Shown: positions 36,859-46,473 of the stretch, one piece after another
Position numbering within the stretch: position 1 is the stretch's first letter
Layout of the letters: each line of letters begins with the position of its first letter
Source: an uncultured Candidatus Binatia bacterium
Lineage (GTDB): Bacteria; Desulfobacterota; Binatia; Bin18
Assembly: GCA_965243735.1 (NCBI GenBank)
Contig: CBDEVZ010000008.1
Span: forward strand, 3,995,180 to 4,059,179
Length of the DNA: 64,000 nt
Direction of reading: 5' to 3'
Notes under the pieces: generated by a model
The model's database searches: none
What the model was told of the DNA's origin: nothing
Seen by the model: only the letters and a program-made list of their open reading frames with translations
Position numbers and translations under genes: made by a program

Positions 36859-37320
36859 GACAAGTTCCTCCTGGCCATGTCGTTACGCCCCATTGTTCTC
36901 CTCATACCTCCACTGCTTCTTCGGCGGCTCTTGCATACAGGCGCGGGCAATGTGCTCCGGGATGTCCGGGATCAGGTCGGGCGTCGGTCGAGTCAGTCGG
37001 CCAAATAGGCTCTTTGGTCTAGAGCGTCGGGGTGGTGATTTGGCCTTAGTGGTCATACGCATCTCCTCCTTCTCGTCTTGTACCACTTTCAGCGTAACAT
37101 GGGCTAGCACGCCGTGCTACTGCGGGCCGCGTAATCCAACCGACCCTAGCCTGTCAAGAGGTCTGGCCCGCAGATCGTGCCTGACAGATCAGACCTCACT
37201 CAGTGTGTCATGGGGCTGCCCTACCTGGACAACACCGCATATCATTCCCGTCGCAAAAAGGAGGAAGCGCGCCAGTGCCGGGGGATTTCGGCGGGAGGTC
37301 GAGCGGTGGAGGGCGTTGGG

Positions 37321-37941
37321 CTAGAGGTCTTTGACCGACTGCTCAATCATAGTGTCGAGCTGCTCGGCCTCCTCCTTGGCCATCTGGGTACGCTGGGCCA
37401 GGATCTTGCCCCACGACTCGCCCTGGTATCTGTGGAAGCGCTCGGTGTTCCACAGCTCGGCGCGCTTAAAGGACTTCGGGCAGTGGAAGTAACACTCCTC
37501 AATCTCGACCTTGATCGCCATCTGGGCCGGACGGCCGCGCGCGCTGAGCTTTTCCAGCAGCGGCGGATCGTCCACAATGCTGGCCCGGCCGTTGACGCGC
37601 ATGGTCCACTCTTCGCCCGGAATGAGGAACAGCAGACCGACGTGCGGGTTAGCCAGGATGTTGCCGATGCTCTGAAACATCCTGTTACCGGCCCGGTCGG
37701 GCAAATACAGGGTGTGCTTGTCGCCGACATGGATGAAACCCGGCGGGTCACCCTTGGGCGAGGCGTCGCAACGGCCCTCGGCGTCAGCGGTCGAGACGAT
37801 GACAAACGGGCACTGGGCCAAAAAGCGCTCCGCGGCCTCGTCGATATACGGCAGCTTGTGCTCGACCGCCAGTTCATGGGGCGCGCCAAAACGGACGGCG
37901 AGGTCTTCGGTCGTGCTGGGAACGGTGGGCTGTGTTGACAT
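37321..37941 (-). CDS. Pyridoxamine 5'-phosphate oxidase-like FMN-binding family protein
   Basis: PNPOx-like split-barrel pattern (FVIVSTADAEGRCDASPKGDPPGFIHV...LLFLIPGEEWTMRVNGRA). Confidence 0.75.
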   Translation of the reverse strand: MSTQPTVPSTTEDLAVRFGAPHELAVEHKLPYIDEAAERFLAQCPFVIVSTADAEGRCDASPKGDPPGFIHVGDKHTLYLPDRAGNRMFQSIGNILANPHVGLLFLIPGEEWTMRVNGRASIVDDPPLLEKLSARGRPAQMAIKVEIEECYFHCPKSFKRAELWNTERFHRYQGESWGKILAQRTQMAKEEAEQLDTMIEQSVKDL

Positions 37942-38097
37942 CGTTCTCTCCTTCCGTGGGACACATGACTGTTTGATTCTGTCCTACTCCATCCCTTCAT
38001 CGCCCGTCAAGAGAAAATCCCCCGGCGGACCGGCGTCTTGACACGGGTCGGTCGGGTGTTCCATGCTACCGGCCAGAATCTAACAAGGAGGGACAGT

Positions 38098-38562
38098 ATG
38101 GCAACACAAGACATGCACACCACAGTGGCGCGTTTTGCGGATCTGGAACCGATCGACTACTCCAGCTTCATCAAGAACTACAGGCCGGACGGCACCCAGG
38201 GCTATGCCCTGATCGGCAAGGCCGGCAAGACCAAACCGCCCATCGCCGGCGACCACGGGTTCTATATGGGCATCAACAAAGTCAGCCCGGGCAAGGGAGC
38301 GCCGCTGCACAGCCATCCCAAGCCCGAGGTGTTCGTCGTCCTGGACGGCCAGTGGACGTTTTTCTGGGGAGAAAACGGCGAGAATGAGGTCAACCTGGGT
38401 CCGTGGGACACGATCTCCTTTCCGGCCCAGACCAACGAGGGCTTCCGCAACATCGGCGACGAAGAGGGCCATCTGCTGGTGGTGTTGAGCGGTTCCGAGA
38501 TCGGCAAGGTGACCTTCACCAAGAACACGGCCGAGGCCCAGACCGTCGGCGCCTCAGCCTAA
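38098..38562 (+). CDS. Cupin-domain protein
   Basis: GAPLHSHPKPEVFVVLDGQWTFFWGENGE cupin motifs. GGAGGG RBS before the ATG at 38098. Confidence 0.7.
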   Translation: MATQDMHTTVARFADLEPIDYSSFIKNYRPDGTQGYALIGKAGKTKPPIAGDHGFYMGINKVSPGKGAPLHSHPKPEVFVVLDGQWTFFWGENGENEVNLGPWDTISFPAQTNEGFRNIGDEEGHLLVVLSGSEIGKVTFTKNTAEAQTVGASA

Positions 38563-38580
38563 ACACAAGGAGCGACAGCC

Positions 38581-39486
38581 GTGGCGACATTTTCGGTTGA
38601 TCAGGTCGAAATTTTTGGCAAGGGCGTGCTGCAGGCCGAGGGCGTGGTGATCGACAAGGACGGCAACGTTTACGGCGGCGGGCGCAACGGCATCATGTAC
38701 AAGGTCAGCCCGGACGGCGCGGTCAGCGAGTGCGCGACCCTGCCCGAGGGCTCGATTCCGAACGGCATCACCCTGGACCGCGAGGGCAACATCGTGTACT
38801 GCGACCTGGGCAAACAGGCGGTGATGAAGGTCTCGCCCGACGGCCAGGTGTCGCTGGTGGCCGACCAGGTCGGCGACGTCAAGCTGACCCTGCCCAATTT
38901 TGCCAGCTACGACGGCGAGGGCAATCTGTATATCTCGAATTCGAGTACGGCCACGATTGATACCGCCCTGGCCGAAATGAAAACCCCGGGGCCCAACGGC
39001 GCCCTGGTCCGCGTCCGGCCCAACGGGCAAGGCGATGTCGTTGCCACCGGCATCTATCTGGCCAACGGCACGGCCATCGACCCCAACGAAGACGCCGTGT
39101 ACGTGCTGGAGAGCACCCGCAACGACTGTCTGCGCATCCAGATCAACAAGGACGGCAGCTTCGGCAAACCCGAGGTCTACTCCAAGGACTTCCCGGCCCT
39201 GCCGGACGGCATGGCCTTTGACACCGACCGCAACCTGTACATCACCCTGCCGGCCCGGATTGAAGACGGCGGCATGAGCCCGGCCCACCAGATCATCAAG
39301 GTCGATACCGACGGCAACTGGACCATGCTGGTCGACGATCCCCAGGGCCAGAAGCTCAACTTTCCGACCAACTGCGCCTTTGGCGGGCCAGGCCTCCAGA
39401 CCCTGTACTTTGCCAACCTGGAGGGCGACCACTTCAGCTGCGTGCAGACTGCGGTCACCGGCCATCCGCTGTACCACCAGCGCTAG
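38581..39486 (+). CDS. SMP-30/gluconolactonase/LRE-like beta-propeller protein (paralog B)
   Basis: About 50% identical to the 35228-36115 protein. Same repeat pattern. Confidence 0.8.
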   Translation: MATFSVDQVEIFGKGVLQAEGVVIDKDGNVYGGGRNGIMYKVSPDGAVSECATLPEGSIPNGITLDREGNIVYCDLGKQAVMKVSPDGQVSLVADQVGDVKLTLPNFASYDGEGNLYISNSSTATIDTALAEMKTPGPNGALVRVRPNGQGDVVATGIYLANGTAIDPNEDAVYVLESTRNDCLRIQINKDGSFGKPEVYSKDFPALPDGMAFDTDRNLYITLPARIEDGGMSPAHQIIKVDTDGNWTMLVDDPQGQKLNFPTNCAFGGPGLQTLYFANLEGDHFSCVQTAVTGHPLYHQR

Positions 39487-39500
39487 GACAGGAGGGCGCC

Positions 39501-40466
39501 ATGAAAGCCATGCGGGCTCACCAGGCCGGTGGGCCGGAACAGCTCCGCTATGAAGACGCCCCAGAGCCGTCGCCCGGCGCCGGCCAGGTTCTGGTGCGGG
39601 TCCGGGCGGCCGGCATCAACCCGGCCGACCTGGTCCGGCTGTCGGGCACGCTGGCTCCGCTGAAATTTCCGTATATCACCGGGACCGACGTGTGTGGTGA
39701 GGTCGAAGCGCTGGGTTCGGGCGTGACCGGCGTCACGCCCGGTGACCGCGTTTTTGGTCGCTCGCTCGGCGCCGGTTATGCGGAAAAGACCTGTCTGCTG
39801 GCCCGCGAGGCCATCCCGCTGCCCGACGGGCTGTCGTTCGAGGAGGGGGCGGCCATCCCGATTCCGTTTTACACCGCCTACTATGCCCTGCACCACAAGG
39901 CCGGCCTCAAGGCCGGCGAGACCGTGCTGGTCACAGCTGGCGGCGGCGGGGTCGGAGTGGCCGCGATTCAGCTGGCCAAGGTGGCCGGGGCGCGGGTCAT
40001 CACCACGGTCGGCTCTCAGGACAAAGCCGAGCGCACCCGTGGGCTGGGGGCGGATGTGGCCATCAATTACAAACAGCAGGACTTCGCCGCCGAGGTGCTC
40101 ACACATACTGACGGCAAAGGGGCGGACGTCATTGTTGAGAACGTGGCCTCGGACAATCTGGCCGCCGACTGCACGGCCGTGGCCCGCAGCGGCCGCATTG
40201 TGCTGATCGGCACCGGAACCGGCAAGGCGCCCGACGCCAGCTTCGGCGTGCTGCCGGCTCTGATCAAGGACATTACCTTTTACGGCATGAGTCTGATCAA
40301 CGCCGACGACGCGATTCCCGACATGGCGGCCGCCATCAGCCGGTTGTTTGAGGCGGGCAAACTCACCGCCCCGGTCAGCAAGACCTATCCTCTGTCCGAG
40401 GCGACCCAGGCCCTGAACGATCTGCTGGACGCCAAGGTGTTTGGCAAGCTCGTCCTCAGGCCCTGA
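39501..40466 (+). CDS. NADPH:quinone oxidoreductase / zinc-type alcohol dehydrogenase (MDR family)
   Basis: MKAMRAHQAGGPEQLRYED...GETVLVTAGGGGVGVAAIQLAK Rossmann motif. Confidence 0.85.
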   Translation: MKAMRAHQAGGPEQLRYEDAPEPSPGAGQVLVRVRAAGINPADLVRLSGTLAPLKFPYITGTDVCGEVEALGSGVTGVTPGDRVFGRSLGAGYAEKTCLLAREAIPLPDGLSFEEGAAIPIPFYTAYYALHHKAGLKAGETVLVTAGGGGVGVAAIQLAKVAGARVITTVGSQDKAERTRGLGADVAINYKQQDFAAEVLTHTDGKGADVIVENVASDNLAADCTAVARSGRIVLIGTGTGKAPDASFGVLPALIKDITFYGMSLINADDAIPDMAAAISRLFEAGKLTAPVSKTYPLSEATQALNDLLDAKVFGKLVLRP

Positions 40467-40490
40467 CTGACCAGACACGAAAGGAACGCT

Positions 40491-40901
40491 ATGGCACTGA
40501 CATTAGCCCTGGCCGAACAGTTTATCGCCGCCTGCAAGCAAAAAGCCCAGGACCAGGGCTGGCAGATGAGCTTTGTAGTGGTCGACGTGGCCGGCAACCC
40601 AGTCGCCTCGGCGCGCATGGACGGGGCGCGCTGGATGACCGCCGGCATTGCCCAGAGCAAGGCGTTTACCGCAGCCACGTTCAAGCGCAGCTCAAAAGAA
40701 GTCGGCGAATTGGCCCAGGCCAGACCGCAGCTTATCGACAATGTGATCAACATTGTCGGCCGGCCCCTGTTGCTGGCCGGCGGCGGCCTGCCGCTCATCG
40801 TGGGCGACGAACTGATCGGCGGCGTTGGCGCCAGCGGCGGGACGGAAGATGAAGACGTCGAGTGCGCCCAGGCCGGCCTAAGTGCGATCGGAGCGGAGTA
40901 G
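40491..40901 (+). CDS. GlcG/HbpS-like heme-binding (DUF336) protein
   Basis: 136 aa. MSFVVVDVAGNPVASARMDGA...LLLAGGGLPLIVGDELIGGVGASGG. Confidence 0.7.
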   Translation: MALTLALAEQFIAACKQKAQDQGWQMSFVVVDVAGNPVASARMDGARWMTAGIAQSKAFTAATFKRSSKEVGELAQARPQLIDNVINIVGRPLLLAGGGLPLIVGDELIGGVGASGGTEDEDVECAQAGLSAIGAE

Positions 40902-40907
40902 CCAGGC

Positions 40908-41972
40908 TTGCCGCCCCTCAATATCCTGCTGCTCGGCACCTTCGGCGAGGGAGCCGCCACGCGCGTCCAGGCCGTCGTTCCCGGGGCTCAGATCGTTGAC
41001 GCGCGCGGCAGGTTCGAGGTCGAGTACGCCGAGACCTGGCCGGCGGAGAGCGTCCAGCGCTATGTCTCGCAGCGCGCCATCGCCGACAACCCCTCGACCC
41101 GAGCCGAACGCGACGCGCTGTTGGCTGCGGCCGACATCATCTGCCTGCGCTTCCCCTTCCCGCTCGACCTGCGCTCCCGCGCCTCCCGCCTGAAGTGGCT
41201 GCACCAGACACCGGCCGGCGCCTCCAACCTGCGCCGGGGAGACCTCTGGGGCAGCGACGTGCTGGTCACTACCTCGCGCGGCCTGAACAACTGCCTGCCG
41301 ATTGCCGAGTACACGCTGGCCACGATTTTCAGCTTTGCCAAAGCCCTGCCCCAGGCTTTTCATGACCAGGCGCGGCGCCGCTTCGACCGGCGCCAGTACC
41401 ATTCGGTCCTGATTCAGGACAAGACCCTGGGCATCATCGGCCTGGGCGGCATCGGTAGCGAGGTCGCGCGGCTGGCCAAGGCCGTCGGCATGCGTGTGCT
41501 GGCCACCCGTCGGTCGGCGACCACAGCCCAGCCCAACGTACAGGGGGTGGACGAGCTCCTGCCGCCTGCGGACCTGCCGCGCCTGCTTGAACACAGCGAC
41601 TTTGTCGTGCTGAGCACCCAGTGGACGCCCCAGACCGAGAAGCTCATCGGCGCGGCCGAGCTGCGGCTGATGAAGCCGAGCGCCTGTCTGGTCAATATCG
41701 CCCGGGGAGAGCTGGTCGATCAGCCGGCCCTGGTCCGGGCCCTGGAGGACGGGGAGATCGCGGCGGCTGCGCTCGACGTGTATGTGGACGAGTTCAGCGG
41801 TCCGCCGCCCGAAGAGCTGTGGCGGCTGCCCAACGTCCTCATCACGCCCCACACCTCGGTCAGCACCGATGTCCAGTACGCGCGGGGGATTGAGCTGTTC
41901 TGCGACAATCTGCGGCGCTATGTGCAGGGCCAGCCCCTGCTCAATGTCCTCGACTGGGAGCGCGGCTACTAG
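40908..41972 (+). CDS. D-isomer-specific 2-hydroxyacid dehydrogenase family protein
   Basis: GIIGLGGIGSEVARLAKAVGMRV NAD-binding motif plus a catalytic His/Glu region. TTG start. Confidence 0.85.
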   Translation: MPPLNILLLGTFGEGAATRVQAVVPGAQIVDARGRFEVEYAETWPAESVQRYVSQRAIADNPSTRAERDALLAAADIICLRFPFPLDLRSRASRLKWLHQTPAGASNLRRGDLWGSDVLVTTSRGLNNCLPIAEYTLATIFSFAKALPQAFHDQARRRFDRRQYHSVLIQDKTLGIIGLGGIGSEVARLAKAVGMRVLATRRSATTAQPNVQGVDELLPPADLPRLLEHSDFVVLSTQWTPQTEKLIGAAELRLMKPSACLVNIARGELVDQPALVRALEDGEIAAAALDVYVDEFSGPPPEELWRLPNVLITPHTSVSTDVQYARGIELFCDNLRRYVQGQPLLNVLDWERGY

Positions 41973-42142
41973 GACTCCTTGGGGCCGATGTCTCGGTCCC
42001 ACAGGAACTTGGCAACCGGCATGACGGCGACACCCAGGGCAATCTGCAAGATGCCGTGCGACCCCTCCTGGCTCATGGTCTGGTAGCCGTTCATGATCCA
42101 GTAGCATCCAACAACAACCAGCGCCAGCGCCGTGGCTTTCAT
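41969..42142 (-). CDS. Small hypothetical membrane protein (57 aa)
   Basis: MKATALALVVVGCYWIMNGY... AAGGAG RBS sits 6 nt upstream of the internal ATG. Confidence 0.45.
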   Translation of the reverse strand: MKATALALVVVGCYWIMNGYQTMSQEGSHGILQIALGVAVMPVAKFLWDRDIGPKES

Positions 42143-42309
42143 GGGCGTCTCCTTGTGTCTCGTCCAGCTGCTGCACGTCCTATGGCACGAGGCCACGGGT
42201 CAGGTCAAGCGGTGTGTCACGACGGCACTCACCCCGGCCCGGCGGTCAGTACCCAACAGGAGAGCGCAGGTTCCTGGGAATGTGCACCGCACGCTGAGAC
42301 GGGACGATT

Positions 42310-43209
42310 TCAGTGCCGCGTCAGGCTGCGATGGATAATCGCAATCCAGCGCTCGGCGCTGATCATACCCGCCTGCCAGTCTTTCCACTCGTCCGGGAAA
42401 CCGGCCTGGGTGATCTGCTCCAGGCTCTGCTCGGCCGCAATCCGCTGGCGGACGATGTCGGTCGTCTCGACCAGCATACGGTGATAGGCCCGCAACTCGT
42501 CCTTGTTCGACAGGGGTCCGTGGCCGGGAATGACCTGTACGTCATCGGCCAGCTGATCGAGCACCGTGGCAATATTGGCGGTGAACTGCTCGACATCGCC
42601 CCCGCTGTCGAGATCGACAAACGGGAAGCCGCCGGCAAAAAAATGGTCGCCCATATGGACGACGTTTGAGCCGGTGAAGAACACCACGCTATCCCCGTCG
42701 GTATGGCCGCGCGGGAAATGCACAACCCGGATCTCCTCGCCGTTAAAATGAATCGACACCGACTCGTCAAAGGTGACGACCGGCCAGGCGGCCGGGGGAG
42801 CGGCCGGAATCGCGCGGCCGCCTATGTTCTGCTCGGTCATGAGCCGCTTGCGGACGTTGGTATGGGCGATGATCGGCGCCCGCTGGCCAAACGTCGCATT
42901 GCCGCCGGTATGATCGCCGTGCCAGTGGGTGTTCAGGATGAATCTGAGCGGCCCGTCGGCCAGCCCGGTCAGGGCGGCCTGGATCTTGTCGGCCAGGGGC
43001 GCAAACTGGTCGTCAACAATCAGCAGCCCGTCGGTCCCGACCGACACGCCGATATTGCCGGCCGCAGGGTTGGCCCTCAGCATGTGGACCGCCCCGTTGA
43101 CCGGGGTGGCGCTGACCTCCACCCCGCTGAAATCCTGCTGGGCGAGGCCGAGGCTGGCGCTCAGAACAAAGACGCCGAGCCAGACGCCGCAGTACATTAA
43201 CCGTTTCAT
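42310..43209 (-). CDS. Secreted MBL-fold metallo-hydrolase
   Basis: Signal peptide plus THWHGDHTGG metal-binding motif. Confidence 0.8.
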   Translation of the reverse strand: MKRLMYCGVWLGVFVLSASLGLAQQDFSGVEVSATPVNGAVHMLRANPAAGNIGVSVGTDGLLIVDDQFAPLADKIQAALTGLADGPLRFILNTHWHGDHTGGNATFGQRAPIIAHTNVRKRLMTEQNIGGRAIPAAPPAAWPVVTFDESVSIHFNGEEIRVVHFPRGHTDGDSVVFFTGSNVVHMGDHFFAGGFPFVDLDSGGDVEQFTANIATVLDQLADDVQVIPGHGPLSNKDELRAYHRMLVETTDIVRQRIAAEQSLEQITQAGFPDEWKDWQAGMISAERWIAIIHRSLTRH

Positions 43210-43236
43210 AGCCTGCTTCCCTCCCGCCCAGAGGCG

Positions 43237-44835
43237 TCAGCGGTTGACCAGCTCCCAGGCCAGTTTTTTGGCGGTCTCCAGGTCGGACACAAAATGTTCC
43301 TGCGGCAGGTGCTCACGGATACCGAACACCTCCAGGGCTTCCTCGGCCGGGCCGGACAGGCCGACCACAACGCACCCGCGGGTCTCCGTCTGGGCGGCCG
43401 CGGCCAGATCCTCGACGACGAGGGCTGCGCTATCGTCCAGGGAGGTCGTTTCTGAAAAATCGAAGATGACCGCCTCGTGCTCCCGAATATCCGCCGCGAT
43501 CAGCTGGGCCATTTCCCGCGAGGACGCCACGGAAAAGCGCCCGCGCAGGGCGACGAGGCCGACCCGGGCCTCGTACGACTCCGATGCCTCAGGAGACAGC
43601 AGCGTATCCATCAGCGGGACCGACACCACGTCCCGCAACTCCTCGGGTTCCGACCGCCGGGCCGAGACAAAGCCGGCCGCTATCAGCCCCACGCCGACTG
43701 CCATCACCAGGTCAACAAACACGGTCAACACCAGCGTCAGCAGCATGATGACGACATTTTCAACCGCCGCCCGAGGCAGCTGCCTCAGAAACCGCCAGTC
43801 GATGATATCCCAGCCAACCTTCAGCAGGATGCTCGCCAGACAGGCCTGCGGGATCCGCTCGACCAGCGGACCGAGGCCCAGACCGAAGGCCAGCAGGATC
43901 AGCGCGTGCAGCGCGCCGGACAGCGGCGTTCGTCCCCCGACCCGCACATTGAGCACCGTCCGCATGGTCGCCCCGCCGCCGGGCAGGACGCCGAGCAGCC
44001 CGGCGGCCACATTGCCGACCCCCTGGCCAAACAGCTCCCGGTTCGAGTTGTGCCGTGTTCGGGTCATGGAATCGGCAATGAGCGCGGTCAGCAGACTGTC
44101 GATGGAGTTGACCAGAGCCAGAATCAGGGCCGATTGCAGGATGTCGGCCAGCGCTCCCAAGGGCAACACCGGCCAGTGCAGGTCGGGAAGACCCATAGGC
44201 ACTGCGCCGAGCACCGGCGCCCCATGCTCCCACAGCCCGGCGACTGCCGTGCCCACAATCAGGGCCGCCAGCGGCGAGGGTAAGAGGTCGCGCAGCCGTC
44301 GGGGCCAGAAGACGGAGACGGCTAGTGAAACGCCGGCGATCATCACGGCGCCCGGATTGAGGTGGGCCAGCGCCTCCGGCCAGGCATAGACGGCGTCGCG
44401 CGGCTCGGCCTCAATCGGCGCGCCCAGACACGGCAGGATCTGGAGCAGAATGATGATGACGCCGATGCCCGACATGAAGCCCGAGACCACGGAGTAGGGG
44501 GTGTAGATGACAAAGCGTCCTACTCCGAGCAGACCGAAGGCAATCTGCAACAGGCCGCTCAGCACGACAATCGCCGCGACCTCGGCCGGATTGTGGGCGT
44601 GGTGAGCGACAATGACCGCCACGGCAATTGTTGCCGGCCCGGTGGGTCCGGAGATCTGCGACGGCGTGCCGCCCAATATCGCGGCCAGGAAGCCGACGAC
44701 TATCGCGCCGTACAGTCCGGCAACCGGCCCCAGACCGGAGGCCACCCCAAAGGCCAGGGCCAGCGGCAGCGACACCACCGCTGCGGCGATCCCGCCAAAA
44801 ATATCTCCGCGCAGGGTTTTCAGATCGAACCGCAT
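43237..44835 (-). CDS. SulP-family anion transporter with C-terminal STAS domain
   Basis: 532 aa. Multiple TM segments. Sulfate-transporter signature region and a STAS-like C-terminus. Confidence 0.9.
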   Translation of the reverse strand: MRFDLKTLRGDIFGGIAAAVVSLPLALAFGVASGLGPVAGLYGAIVVGFLAAILGGTPSQISGPTGPATIAVAVIVAHHAHNPAEVAAIVVLSGLLQIAFGLLGVGRFVIYTPYSVVSGFMSGIGVIIILLQILPCLGAPIEAEPRDAVYAWPEALAHLNPGAVMIAGVSLAVSVFWPRRLRDLLPSPLAALIVGTAVAGLWEHGAPVLGAVPMGLPDLHWPVLPLGALADILQSALILALVNSIDSLLTALIADSMTRTRHNSNRELFGQGVGNVAAGLLGVLPGGGATMRTVLNVRVGGRTPLSGALHALILLAFGLGLGPLVERIPQACLASILLKVGWDIIDWRFLRQLPRAAVENVVIMLLTLVLTVFVDLVMAVGVGLIAAGFVSARRSEPEELRDVVSVPLMDTLLSPEASESYEARVGLVALRGRFSVASSREMAQLIAADIREHEAVIFDFSETTSLDDSAALVVEDLAAAAQTETRGCVVVGLSGPAEEALEVFGIREHLPQEHFVSDLETAKKLAWELVNR

Positions 44836-44959
44836 TGTTCCTGTGTCTTGCTGGCGATTGTGGCCTCAGTTAGGATCGGCGGCGCGTCCCCGGATGCCGC
44901 CGTGGGGCGGTATCCTAGCTGAGGCAAACAGCCCGAACAATGGGCTACAAGGAGTCGCA

Positions 44960-45835
44960 GTGAACCTGTCCGCCCGGTCTTGGGCTCTGCTGTCAAGCGT
45001 GTTCCTATGCCTGGCCGTTCCAGGCTGCGGGTCGAACGACCCGCCCCAGGCGCAGCCCTTTGTGGTGTTTGCCGCAGCCAGCCTCCAGGACGTGGTGGCC
45101 GAGCTGGGGACGCGCTTTGCCCGAGACCAGGGTGTCGAGCTGGTCTACAATTTCGCCGCCTCAAACACCCTGGCCCAGCAGATTAAGGCCGCTCCGGTCG
45201 CGGATGTGTTTTTGTCCGCCAACGTCCGCTGGATCGAGTTTCTGGAACAGGCCGACCGGCTGGTTGCGGGCAGCCGGCGGAATTTCGCCTCCAACCGTTT
45301 GGTCGTCATCAGCCGCCACGATGCGCCCCTGGCCCTCAGCCGCCCCCGGCAGCTGGCCACGGCCCAGTTTGCGTTTCTGGCCCTGGCCGACCCGGACGCG
45401 GTGCCGGCCGGCCGCTACGCCAGGGCGTTTCTGCAATCGGTCCGGGTCGGCGAGCGTGAGCTGTGGCAGCTGCTCAGAGACCGGCTGGCGCCAACCTCGG
45501 ACGTGCGGGCCGCCCTGGGTCTGGTCGAGTCCGACCCGGCCATCGTCGGCATCGTCTACCGCACCGACGCGGCGCGCTCGTCCCGGGTCAAGGTGTGGTA
45601 TGAGGTGCCGGCCCAGCCCCGGAATCCGATTGTGTACTGTGCGGTCGCAGTTAAGGACCGACCCAAGGCCGTCCTGGCCGAGCGGTTTCTCGACCTGCTG
45701 GGCAGTGCGCAGGCCCGGGCGGTGTTGGCCGAGCACGGTTTCGTCACCACTCCGTCTCTTGCTTTCGACCCGGCCAGCGGGCACATAGAGGGGCGAGCAT
45801 GCTGCGTCAAGACATTGTCTCCATCCTGCTGCTGA
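44960..45835 (+). CDS. modA: Molybdate ABC transporter substrate-binding protein
   Basis: GTG start after an AAGGAG RBS. Lipoprotein-like signal (LCLAVPGCGS). VFAAASLQDVV...ADVFLSAN ModA motifs. The upstream part of the listed ORF is rejected. Confidence 0.8.
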   Translation: MNLSARSWALLSSVFLCLAVPGCGSNDPPQAQPFVVFAAASLQDVVAELGTRFARDQGVELVYNFAASNTLAQQIKAAPVADVFLSANVRWIEFLEQADRLVAGSRRNFASNRLVVISRHDAPLALSRPRQLATAQFAFLALADPDAVPAGRYARAFLQSVRVGERELWQLLRDRLAPTSDVRAALGLVESDPAIVGIVYRTDAARSSRVKVWYEVPAQPRNPIVYCAVAVKDRPKAVLAERFLDLLGSAQARAVLAEHGFVTTPSLAFDPASGHIEGRACCVKTLSPSCC

Positions 45836-46473
45836 CCCTCCAGACCGCCTCGGTTGCCACGGTGTGTATGATGGCGCCGGCCACCCTGCTGGGCTATGCC
45901 CTGGCCCGGCGCGATTTCCGGGGCAAAGACTTTGTGTCGGCCGTAGTCGGCCTGCCGCTGGTCTTGCCGCCGACTGCGGTCGGCTTTCTGCTGCTGCGTC
46001 TGTTCGCTGTCGATGGTCCCCTGGGACGCCACAGCCTGGGGCTCGACCTGGGCGTGCTGCTGAGCTGGAGAGCCGCCGCGCTGGCCGCTGCGGTGATGTC
46101 GTTTCCGCTCGTCGTGCGGACCGCCAAAGTGACGTTTGAGGGCATCGACCCACGGCTGGAGATGATGGCCAAGACCCTCGGCCACAGTACGCTGGCGACC
46201 TTTTTTCGCTACACCCTGCCGCTGGCCAAACGCGGTCTGCTGGCCGGCCTCATCCTGGGTTTCACCCGGGCGCTGGGCGAGTTCGGCGCCACCGTGACCA
46301 TTGCCGGCAATATCCCGGGCCGGACCCAAACCCTGTCCGCAGCCATCTTCAGCGCCCAGCAGCTGGGCGACACGGACCGCGCCTATGCCCTGATGCTACT
46401 GGCCCTGGGCCTGGGTTTTGTCGCCATCCTGAGCGCGGAACTCCTGTCCCGCACGCCAAGAGCAAGCCCATGA
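45799..46473 (+). CDS. modB: Molybdate ABC transporter permease
   Basis: ABC transmembrane type-1 domain with the EAA-like motif (LGEFGATVTIAGNIPG). Confidence 0.9.
   Translation: MLRQDIVSILLLTLQTASVATVCMMAPATLLGYALARRDFRGKDFVSAVVGLPLVLPPTAVGFLLLRLFAVDGPLGRHSLGLDLGVLLSWRAAALAAAVMSFPLVVRTAKVTFEGIDPRLEMMAKTLGHSTLATFFRYTLPLAKRGLLAGLILGFTRALGEFGATVTIAGNIPGRTQTLSAAIFSAQQLGDTDRAYALMLLALGLGFVAILSAELLSRTPRASP

Noticed and set aside
44612-44959. Upstream extension of the modA ORF from the ATG at 44612
   Set aside because: This portion lies antisense within sulP and crosses the divergent promoter and hairpin region. The GTG at 44960, preceded by AAGGAG and followed by a lipoprotein signal, is the sensible start.
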